A DNA stretch of 51,036 bases, filler included, from Dimargaris cristalligena (lineage: Eukaryota), in NCBI GenBank assembly GCA_003614675.1. It is 2 parts of 2 records of this genome, joined end to end, with 100 filler letters (N's around TTAATTAATTAA, not from the genome) between each part and the next. Parts side by side here need not be neighbours in the genome. Positions count along the whole stretch, not along the records: positions 1 to 25,468 come from ML002562.1; 1 more part is not named here. One strand, given 5' to 3'. Shown piece after piece: positions 11,799 to 21,855 of this stretch. The translations under genes were made by a program, and so were the position numbers. The notes under the pieces were generated by a model. The model searched no databases. It saw only the letters and a program-made list of their open reading frames with translations, and was not told the origin of the DNA. Each line of letters begins with the position of its first letter. Position 1 is the first letter of the stretch.

Positions 11799-12641
11799 AT
11801 GGGTCCCACCAAGGAAACACTCCCCAGCCTGGTCATCGTCCAGGACGCAGTGGACCGGTCCTTTTACTACCCCAATGTACATTACGTTTTCGCCGATGAT
11901 CCCGAGCCCGACCCGTTTGCCGAGTCCGTGACCGCCATTGACCTCTACCTAAACCACGATGGGGATGGGGTCGAACGCTTCCGGTCCTCGTCCAGCCATT
12001 TCCAGCCCACCGAATGCGAATTTCCCGCACAATTGGCCACAGATCCCACTAACGAGGGTGGGTCCGCTGAACAGCCGGCGCCACCGCTCAGTCCCACGGT
12101 TAGTGGTGGAGTGGGGGGCGGTCCCCCCCCATCGGGCCGGCGGGAAGCCGCCACTGCCCCCCAGCGCGCCTTGACCAACGGCAGTCTGGACCCGGCCCGT
12201 TCGTTGGCCCATTTTCAGGCGGCCCGGCGAACCCCGGCGGGGGAGCGTACCCTTTTGGTGCGCGGTATATTCGCCGAAGAGACCCCACGCCGGGGACCCT
12301 CAATGGTAACCGAGGCCGGCCCCATAGACCCCAGTGAAGCTGGGTTAAGTGCAAGTCCGGGGCAGATGGACCTGGCGGACACGCTAGCCAATCTTGACGA
12401 GATGGCCACGCGCTTGGTCAATAGGTAAGAAATATCCTAAAATTATCTGGGCCCTAACTACCTGCTTTCTAATACTATAGGCTACATCTGGTTCTCCGCT
12501 GATTTTACTCTAACCTTGATCGAAAGAGCTTCTAACCCAATGTACCTACTAACCCCATATTTCAAATATCGCCATACCCTTATTTACCCATAAACCATAT
12601 GTAGAAGCGCCGCCTTGCAAAAAATTTTGGACCAATATTAA
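11799..12641 (+). CDS. hypothetical protein, Atg31-like; exons 11799-12424 and 12605-12641
   Basis: YPNVHYVFADD and IDLYLNHDGDGVERFRSSSSHFQ strands, then TLLVRG, plus a spliced C-terminal helix LDEMATRLVNRSAALQKILDQY*. GTAAGA..TAG intron with CTAAC branch candidates. The gene is solid; the family call is tentative. Confidence 0.55.
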
Positions 12642-13204
12642 CACTGCTCATATCTGGTAGATACTAGCCTTCTCCAACACCCCCGCTCCGCTGCTTCATT
12701 TGTAATATTATTTCCCCCGATTCCCCAGAAACGAATACGCCAAAAATAGTAAAGTAGCGTAGTCCTTGGTGGTTTCTTCCTTCTACTACCCCACTGGATA
12801 CCACGTTATGTAGCGACATTCCATTCACCATTTTCTTCTTAGTAATACCAACTTGCCACACTGTAAACCATCGCGAAATGTAATAAATTTATACACATAG
12901 TTATTCATTAGTGATTCTATCCGAAGAAAAAACAACCCGAAGAGGCATCAACAAGTAGCGCTGAAAATCATTGGAGGGAATACAAATACACAAAGGCAGA
13001 GCACCAAACATTAATTAGCGGCTAATCAATGAAAGTCGGAATAGTGTTGGCGAGTCGCGGGTCAGTATAACCAACATTAAGACCGGTGCCACAAAATAAC
13101 AGGTTCATCATGTAGACACTATCTCCTACCGATATTTCGATACCCATAAGGGGGCCAAGTTTGGGGGGTTTCCAAATACAAGGGAAGGGTGGTGTTGGTC
13201 CGAT

Positions 13205-15101
13205 TTAGAGGTAAATGCGGCGCAGGTCGGTGGGTTGGGTGATGACTTGGCACTGGGGACATAACTTCTTAACCCCCAGGGTATGTAGCCAGCACTGTTC
13301 ACAGTGAACGTGCCAGCAAATGGTAGATACCAGCGGAGTCTGGTAGGCCTCCATACAAATAAGGCATGTCTTTACTGTCTGGACCAAGTCCTCTTGTTCC
13401 CGAATGCGATTTTTGAGGGACTCGATAATGATCTGGGCGTCCAAACCGACGGAGGGGGGATTCATAGAGGTATTCTGATCATACTCGGGGGGTGGTGAGG
13501 AGGGGGTCGCTGGGGGCTGGGCGCTATATTCAAACTGAGGAGTCTGGGCCTGGACCTGCAATGGCTCGGGCCGAGAGCCCAAGGGGCGAGCTGATGGAGT
13601 AGAAACGGGGCGCTTCGACCGCATTAGGCGCTGAATGTCAACATCCGTGTACTGTGCCTCCCCGAACGCCTTCAGCTCCTCTTCGTCAATATCGAGATCA
13701 CCCTCGATGTCCTGGTGCTTACGCATGGATACCATAGGTCCTGATGCCAGTACCGCCGGGCTGGTCTGTAGTAAAGCAGAGGCTCGGATTCTAGTCTCAC
13801 CGGCCCAGGTATAGGATACAAAATTGGAAGGAGCGGGGGCTGCCAATTCACTAGGATTGCTGACGCTGGAAGACGATGGTGACGAAGGATCAATACCATT
13901 GTTCTGGCGTCCTAGGCACATGTCAATATGGTGGTTGATTTCATCCATGTCGGTGGGTAGCGGCTGGCCGCACATGAAACAATCATCAGTTGAGGACGGG
14001 CTCGTGGTGGTTGGATCAGATCGTGGGGTTGGATTAGGTCGTTGGGAAGCGGAGCGAGGGGGTCGGCCCCGGCGCTTGCCTCGAACCACGGGCGTGATGG
14101 TCGAGGTGCGGGTTGTCCCTGGGGGGCGACCACGTCGGCGGGTGGGTGTGACAGGGGCGGGGAATTCGCCGTCCGCAATTGATTCTAGGGAGGTAGGGGG
14201 CAGAGGTCTTTTGCGGGGCCGGCCCACGGGCCGTTTACCTTGGCTGGTAGGAGTGGGGATAGGACTGGTCGAGACCGTATCGGCTGTTTCGAGCTGTTGA
14301 GTCATTGTAGCTGTCTGGCGGGTAGGACGGCGCTCAAGTGTCGTGGGAGCGAAGGGGTTGTCGGTCACGGAATAGGATTCGGTGGATACACTAGAGACGG
14401 ATACAGTGGAGGGGGCGTATGAAGGGGGGCTGGATTCGGGGTTCGGGAAAGTAAATGGATGCACATTGTTAGGTTCAGGGGTTGGTGGGGTCGGTGGTCG
14501 GGCGGTGGAATCGGGGTAACCTAAAGCGACAATTAGACGAGGTGGGACTAGCTGAGGATCGGGTCTATCAGAGCAGGATTGGATAGAGAGAAACGATAGA
14601 CAGTGGCGGATTCCCAATGCGCAAATTAGTTAAAGCAGAAGCAGTATTTAGGGGGAGCTAGGGTTGGACAACAAGGGGGTAGGGGGATTCCAAATGCCAG
14701 AAAAAAAAACAGCTAAAGTCGAGGTATAAATCGGGCCCTTGAATTGGATTTCGGTTCCCATGGGTACTGCGTTGCCGCCGTCCCACTCGGAATTTGTTCC
14801 TTTGGCATTTGTATCCATACAGCCAAATTGTTCATTGATACAGACTGCCTTATCAATTGGGCTGGTGAAGTGTCGGCTGGGCTAGCGACTGTATGTAAAA
14901 AGGGAGACGGACTTACTTAGGTGAGGACTGGCGGGTTGCTGAAGCCGGTGCGGGTATGGGTTGCCACTGCCCCATAGCAATGCTGGTATCGGGGCCAGAA
15001 ATAGCGGTCATTGGTGTTATAGCAGGGGAGTCGTTATCGGCTCGCTGAGGTGGGGTCGATTCGTTCGAATGGCTGTAGTTTAAGGTTGGGTTGAGCTCCA
15101 T
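13205..15101 (-). CDS. RNF220: RNF220-like RING E3 ligase with AT-hooks and a UBZ-like zinc finger; exons 15101-14917 and 14564-13205
   Basis: YTWAGETRIRA, DLDIDEE..FGEAQYT, IESLKNRIREQE and CLICMEAYQTPLVSTICWHVHCEQCWLHTLGVKKLCPQC..TQPTDLRRIYL match the animal RNF220 C-terminus. Phase-2 GTAAGT..TAG intron restores frame. Confidence 0.88.
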
Positions 15102-15836
15102 TGTAATAGCAGGGTGGTCCCGCAAGTCAACACGGCCCAGGTGGTGAGGTAGTGAAGCGACAGCTGACGGGAAATTATCTATCAAGGTCTAATTGGGACT
15201 GCTGGTGCGAAAACGATGGATTGATGCTCGTAAAGAGTCGGCAACGGATAAATATCGAATGGATGGGTGGATGGGCCAAAGAGTGGTAAAGGCGCAACCA
15301 TGGAGGTGTTTCTGTCTCTGGTGGGCTTTATCCGAAAGTCCACCAGCTAGTATAGTTAGTTGCCACTGTGGCAGTATGCGGCTGCCCATCTGTAGTCACA
15401 GTGGGCCAAGCGTAAATGCGGCGTGTCTTTGGTGCTCAATGCGCTCGCTGAATATAAATAGGGCGAGCCTCGCTTTATATTTCGGATGCATGCGACTCGC
15501 TTCGCTCAATCATTCCAAGCCACGGGCGGGACAAATTTAAATCGCCTGGTCGAAATAATCTCCCATATAGAGCGAGGGTGACGTAAAACATCACTTCTAT
15601 TGATTACGATACGTGTGTGTGTTACCTCCGCTGGCTTCCTATACCAAGCCAAGAAATATTTCAGAAACCGAGGAACTTGACCAATACGGCATGTATTTTC
15701 TTCCATAACTCAGTCTCTTTCTTTGCTTGTGACCGCCACCCATTCGCCACGCACTATCGGCAACTACTTTTCATGCTTACCACCACCGTATAGCTTATCC
15801 ACTTTACAATACTACATATACTCAAGGTTGGCCCCA

Positions 15837-17129
15837 ATGGACTCCAAACTAGTCTTACGGTTACAGGCCCTGGCCGACGACACCTTGGCCCTTATCCTAG
15901 AGCTGCAACGGTCACAGAAACTGGGATTGGACACCACCACCCAACAAGACCGCATCCACTCCAATACTACCGAGCTTGAAACCGAACTCCGTGGCCTGGA
16001 CCAAGTGCTTAAAAACAATGAAGACAGCGGTAAATTGTAAGGAAGTTCATCTTTAGTTGTTCTGCCCGCCTTGTCTCCTTTAGGCCCACCTACTCGGAGA
16101 TAGTCAAAGTGCTGGATACTAAAGCGACTGGTCTACACCAGTCCAATACGCATTTTCATTACCGACCGTCTTCACTTCTACCCTAACTAACGCGCCCTGA
16201 TACTTTGACGTATGCCTCTAGCTCCTCTGCCGAACTCAAGAAACAGGAGGACACTTTACTCGACCTCCTGAGCAAGTTGGAAAAGCTGCAGGCGAGCAGC
16301 GCCCAGCCCAAGACCGCCGCTAGGTAAGCGCATAGTCCCCAACCGGATACCATTCATTATGGTATTCACCCATGGACTCAACCACAGCACTACTACGATG
16401 ACCCAGGGCTGGCTGTTAGACCCAATTTTAACGTCATTATATAGCGGACTCATCCGCTCCAGATGTACTATTAAATCTCTTTTATATCCATCCCCACCAT
16501 TATCCCTTTCTCAGCGAGGTCCTGGTCCACCAGCAGCGCAAAGCCCTCCTCGAGTCAAACTCCGCTCCACCCTCACTGGCTATTGACGTTAACCATGGCT
16601 ACGTCGATGAGACAGTGGATAACGTCCAGCTGGTACTGCTACAGCAGCATACCATGGAAGGTACGTTTTCCCCTTAGATGAGTCCACCTACTCTATTATC
16701 AGCATGATAATCACTTCATAAGCATACTGGCTTTGATTTCGATTATGACCACGATTTGCTTGATATCCAATCACCCTGTAGCCCCACTAACTACTATTCC
16801 CCCTTCGCATATTACACGCCAACCTTCTTTTTTCCTCCCAACTTGGCCTTTACATTATTCCAGAACAAGACCGCAGTATTGAAGAGCTGAGTAGAAGCGT
16901 TCAACGGCAGCACCAACTCGGTGTTACCATTGGTGACGAGCTGGATTACCATAACCAGCTGTTGGACGAGACTGACCAAGTAGCGGACCGCACTGGAAGT
17001 CACCTGGAATTCGCTCGCAAGAAACTCGACGATTTTCGTCGCAAAGCCCGCAAGTCCCGGTCATGCTATCTCACCCTTGTGCTTATTCTACTACTTATGA
17101 TCGTGATTTCCTTACTCAAATACTTGTAA
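15837..17129 (+). CDS. SYN8: syntaxin-8/Syn8-like Qc-SNARE; exons 15837-16036, 16222-16323, 16515-16660, 16864-17129
   Basis: N-terminal helical bundle, SNARE motif EQDRSIEELSRSVQRQHQLGVTIGDELDYHNQLLDE, C-terminal TM anchor. Three GT-AG introns splice in frame. Confidence 0.85.
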
Positions 17130-17441
17130 TATAGTGACCACGCCCGTCGTATCACCAGTCTGTTCATCCATATTTTATTCGTGTTTTTTCATTAAAGTGT
17201 TACATTATTTTTCTGTGGATTGAATTGACACGAACCCTACCCAGGTTTCCCCCTGCAGTAGTATATATATACTACGCATCCAATCAGCACCAGTAAAGGT
17301 ACCGTAGTAGGCGGGATGCACTTGGGAAATATGGCAACCATTTATCTAGAGTTCCGCATTCATTGGCCACCCCCCGGAAAGTAGAATCGATTCAGCGGGC
17401 GGTTTCAAGTGAAATGTGGACAGTACATCCCAAGCGGGTAT

Positions 17442-18102
17442 CTAATCGACGAGTTTATCGCAGAATGTTGCCAAGGTAACATCGTTGACGGATAACCCTT
17501 GACAGTCGTGCGTGGACAGGGTGATATCCACTCGATTATACACCTAGAGTAGAACAAGTGGGTGGTGCCTCATGGCCAGGACATGGTTATTAGACAGTAG
17601 TAGAGGGATTCGGAGGCAAATAGTAGTGGGTACACTCCACTCTTTCATTCACAAGAGCAGTCGGGTCTGGAAAAGTTAGACACAGGTCCTCCAAAACCGA
17701 GGGGGAAGCAAGTTGTTTACATGGGGGAGGGGGTATTTCCACCTATTGAATGGCCCCAGCCTCCCCCTTCACTAATGAATCCCCGGTGGTTGGTTGTTTA
17801 AATTAACCTACATTAAACCATTCTGGGTGGTGGTTCATAGTTTCAGCCTTGAGAGCGACGCGAGTCATGAATCCAAATGCTTGGTTAAAGTCCTGGAACT
17901 GGAACGTCTTTTGAATGGCGTCTCGACCGGGCACCATACTCCAGGGCTGGGCCGCGCCGAGTAAGGGCTGCAGTTGGGTTAGGCGTTCCGACTTTGAGAG
18001 TTGTTGAACGGTGGCGAGAGTTGGTGTAGTATGAAGCCGGGAGACCCTTGCCAGAGGGGAAAGACAACGGCGGATCGGGAGGGTGGTGCGAAGCGGTAGC
18101 AT
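17442..18102 (-). CDS. PCBD: pterin-4-alpha-carbinolamine dehydratase with mitochondrial presequence; exons 18102-17812 and 17543-17442
   Basis: [61 protein letters not shown]. Confidence 0.93.
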
Positions 18103-18641
18103 AACTCTATACTCAAGGAGGAAGGATAAAGAATAAAGAGGTAAGATAGGGGCAGGTTAAACAAAATAGAGATGGAAAAGTCAAGAGGTAGAGGAAACGA
18201 ATAAGGTAGCGTATATGGGAGCTACAGCAAGGGCAGAGAAGGCGCGGCTGTCATTGTGAGGCCCCATAAACTAACCAGGTGGGGGCGGCGAGCAATGTTC
18301 CCCCAACTGAAAAGGGGGTGAAGGACAAGGGTGTGAATGCCGGACTGCCCAAGTCCCAAATTGGCAGTCACACAGCCAAATGGCCCAATCACTAGAGCCA
18401 TTGCAACTATTGGGGTGCTTGACGATTAGATTAAAATAATGCTGAGCAATCCGACCAAACCAAAGATGGAAAAACTCGCTGGATCATAAACCCATTTTGA
18501 TTTATTTATACCGGGTCATTATTTGTACAGGTTATACAGGGGGGAGGGAGGCGCCGAAGGAGCCAAGGCGGTAATGGTAGTCGACAAGGCATGCACACAT
18601 ACTATAGAGGCAAAGTAAATAGCAGGTCCAAATATATATAA

Positions 18642-21122
18642 CTAACCGATTTCGTTATCAAATGCATTAACCAGCACCGCCTCCTCGAGCGAGTAGGACA
18701 ATGGGCTATGCTTGACGATGAGCTGCCAAATATAGGGTGTGTAAAACTCGAGGTTGGGGGCCGCCACCCGGAACCCTGCCCGCCACGGGGTGAGCGGCAA
18801 CTCGGCCGTGCGGAACAGGGGGCTCTTGTCTTCAATCACTTGGAGCACCTCCTCCGTCGACGGGCTAGTGAGCTTAGCCTCGCCAATGCAGGCTTGGAAA
18901 TAGGCAATCACGAAATTGATATTGTTGACCGCGTCGCCCACCTGGGGGTCGCTTTGCAACGTTGAGAACACCTCCTTGCTTTGCAATAGACTGTAGATGA
19001 GATGGGCGTTTTGCCGCAAGTGGTGGTGCAGAGTGTTGCTGAAGACGAATATGAACACCTGGAGCATGTCCAGGTAGAGGTGGAAGTCGGCCGCATGTAA
19101 GGCGTTACTCAGCTGTTGGTGGTTTGGGCTAGCGGAATCCTGCCAAACTGCGGTAATTTTGAGGTAGCGCCGGGCTACCATGTCAAATATTTTCATTAGG
19201 CGCTGCACCAAGGAAGCCGGTAGGTGGGCCATATGCGCCGAGAAATTGATGAGGATGGCTAGGCTGCACTGGTGGATAAAGGCATCTTTGTGCGTGGCAA
19301 AATTGGCCTGGATAATCCGAATGACCACTAGCACCGTAAGTTGACTCAGTGTGATGGTGCGGAAGGACCGGTCGGCCATCCAAGGCTGGTTTTCCAGGAC
19401 CTGCCGGTGAAGCTCGGCGTTGAAGGCCGAGTCGGCGGTCAGTTGGGCCAGAATACCCAGCCACAGGTAAAAGCGGGGGTAGTTAGGTTGGGGCGCCTCC
19501 ACCCCCTGCAGTAAAGTTTTAAGTAAAGGGACCATGAACGCGTCGGGGTCCGTCTGAGCGAGAACGAAATTGGCAAAAGGCGGGGACTTCATCAATAGGG
19601 TATGGAGCAGCAATACGTTTACCTCATTTTGCAGGTTCTTGAACAACACCGATAGGGCAGTGCGGTAGGGAAAGGCCGAAGTGCCCCCATGGGGCTGGCG
19701 GCCGGCCGGGGCCACTGCTGTGCCCCAATCGCGGGCTAGAACCGAGGCAAACGTACGAGGCGGCTCCGGGCCAGACGGTGGACCCCCGCCATTACTCTCC
19801 GTCACGCGAGCGGTTGGCCGGGTCAGGGGGAGAGACGGGGCAGCTTGGTACATGAGCAGCAATGCCAAAAGAATACCAATGCGGGCCAGGGCCTGGGCGT
19901 TGGTCAACTGCTGGGCCTTTGAGGAAGTGAATAGGTACGAATACGCATTATATACCGCGCCGGCGGCCGGCGGACATGGGAGGGGCGGTGAAATACCGTT
20001 GGCCAGCAGGCGAGGAATCAGCTCCGTCGCCATGTGGCCCAGTTTTGTGAGGGTCAGGCTGAGAAAATAGTCGGCGGGGGTGGGGTCCAGCGTAGGTTGG
20101 CTTAATTGGGGGGCATAGAGCTCGATGAGGCACCGCTGGGCAAGGCAGTAGAAGGGGTAGTTGAGGGGGTGACGGGTAATGTCAATTCGGGCCAGGGCCA
20201 GTATAACGGCCTCCAGGAACAATTCACCCCGGCTGCGCTGGTCGGCCAAGACCTTGGCAGCAGCCTGGAGTCGGACGCCCCCGTCCGGCTCCTGGGCCAG
20301 GCGGCCGAGAAAATTGGTGTAATGGGAGCTATGCAGGCGCTGATCATTGATAAGCTCGTCGACCCGTTTGGCGGGAGCTAGTCGTAGGGTATTTACGAGA
20401 AACAGAGTGAGGATAAAGAGGGCATTGTGGGCGGAGAGAGGGGCTGGAGTATCGTAGTCTAGTGTATGGAGATAACGCATGTGGATGAGAAAATGGATAA
20501 CCAGGGAGCCGAAATTGCCGGTTCGTTTGGTGTTGGCTAATAGAGATTCCGTGGCCTCCCAAGTGCCGTCCTGGATGTCCAAGATGTCTTCGCTTTTGGT
20601 GATGTCAGGGAACTTGGCGGCGGCAATAGTGGTGTCCCAGAATTTGAAATTATCCAACGGGTAGGAATGGGGGGAGGCGATATCTCGAATCGCGCATAGC
20701 TCCGCAAATCCCAGCAGCTTGGACTCAGACGACACCCGCTGGTGAGACCGACGTCCAGGATGGACCGTGGGGGTTTCATGGGACGGGGCTGTCCACGGCC
20801 GGGGGGGAGCCAGGGCTTGGTCTAGGGTAGCGGGGGGCATGTTGGTCAGGGCGGGTGGGGACAAGGGACCCCCATCACTCTCAACAGGGAGGCGGTTGCT
20901 ACTATATTTACGCTGGGCGGGCCGGAGGGACGGACCGGCGGCCGCCTGGGGCAGGCTGAGAGTGGGTTCGGCTGGGCCAGGGGCATTGTCAAGTGCATTA
21001 TGGGACCGGAAGAGAGTCGAGCCTAGATTGACCTGTTGTTGAGCGGAATGGATGGGGGTTGGGCTAACTAGCGGCACATGGACCCGCACTTTAGCGGCGG
21101 AAGACCGATCGTTGGGTGCCAT
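18642..21122 (-). CDS. DYM: dymeclin (Dyggve-Melchior-Clausen protein / Hid1 family), 826 aa, intronless
   Basis: LLLHTLL..PFANFVLAQTD, LTADSAFN, DAFIHQCSLAILINFS, NAHLIYSLL, EFYTPYIWQLI resemble dymeclin blocks. Confidence 0.85.
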   Translation of the reverse strand: MAPNDRSSAAKVRVHVPLVSPTPIHSAQQQVNLGSTLFRSHNALDNAPGPAEPTLSLPQAAAGPSLRPAQRKYSSNRLPVESDGGPLSPPALTNMPPATLDQALAPPRPWTAPSHETPTVHPGRRSHQRVSSESKLLGFAELCAIRDIASPHSYPLDNFKFWDTTIAAAKFPDITKSEDILDIQDGTWEATESLLANTKRTGNFGSLVIHFLIHMRYLHTLDYDTPAPLSAHNALFILTLFLVNTLRLAPAKRVDELINDQRLHSSHYTNFLGRLAQEPDGGVRLQAAAKVLADQRSRGELFLEAVILALARIDITRHPLNYPFYCLAQRCLIELYAPQLSQPTLDPTPADYFLSLTLTKLGHMATELIPRLLANGISPPLPCPPAAGAVYNAYSYLFTSSKAQQLTNAQALARIGILLALLLMYQAAPSLPLTRPTARVTESNGGGPPSGPEPPRTFASVLARDWGTAVAPAGRQPHGGTSAFPYRTALSVLFKNLQNEVNVLLLHTLLMKSPPFANFVLAQTDPDAFMVPLLKTLLQGVEAPQPNYPRFYLWLGILAQLTADSAFNAELHRQVLENQPWMADRSFRTITLSQLTVLVVIRIIQANFATHKDAFIHQCSLAILINFSAHMAHLPASLVQRLMKIFDMVARRYLKITAVWQDSASPNHQQLSNALHAADFHLYLDMLQVFIFVFSNTLHHHLRQNAHLIYSLLQSKEVFSTLQSDPQVGDAVNNINFVIAYFQACIGEAKLTSPSTEEVLQVIEDKSPLFRTAELPLTPWRAGFRVAAPNLEFYTPYIWQLIVKHSPLSYSLEEAVLVNAFDNEIG

Positions 21123-21855
21123 GGGTGGCCAGGTTAAAAGAAATAGACACCAAGCAAGAACAGCCGGCGAGATGGAATGGGAGATGAAAGTGGCCTGGAA
21201 CGGAGGGTAAATATTAGAATAAGACGAGAGGCCTCGCGGAGAACACCTATCTACCTATGTTAGGGAGACAGCGGCCCTCACCACAGCTAGTAGAAGGTCT
21301 GTCAGAAAATACAGATGAGGGGGAGGTTTTCTATGGTCGTTTTGGAGCATCAACTGCACCTCATAAGCGTACGTGATGGAGGGCTACGTAGGGCTCAGAC
21401 TGCTTCAATGCTTGGTGGGAGGTTCCTCCAATTTATTATCCACCGGTGGTGGTGGCGGTATCCCCCCTCCCTTGGCCGCATATACTTTGTATGCGCATAA
21501 TTCCCCCCCTCCCGTCCTATTCGCATTATGCTGCGGAGGTTGTTGTAGCATGGGGGAGTTGGAATATTGATTACCCAACCCCAGCAAGCCAGACCACAAT
21601 ACCTGGAACAAGTATCTGGCATCTCTTCTTAACCTCTCCTCTTCTCTGCTCTTATCTCCTCTCCTTGCCTTTTTCCGTGTTTCGGCCTTTGCGACTATAG
21701 TTTGGTCATTTGTAACACCAATGAGTACCCCCAAGCCCAGCACACCGTGTTTTATATCTCTTCGCAATCTACTAGCCTCTCCACGCCCGCGTTCCCTCTA
21801 TCCCGGTTAACCAACCAACCACCCCACCCCATATGCACTCGAGGCCTTGGTCGGA

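Noticed and set aside
18602..21042. Numerous antisense and shifted ORFs inside dymeclin (likewise RNF220, ABC, COX18)
   Set aside because: Shadows of GC-rich coding sequence.
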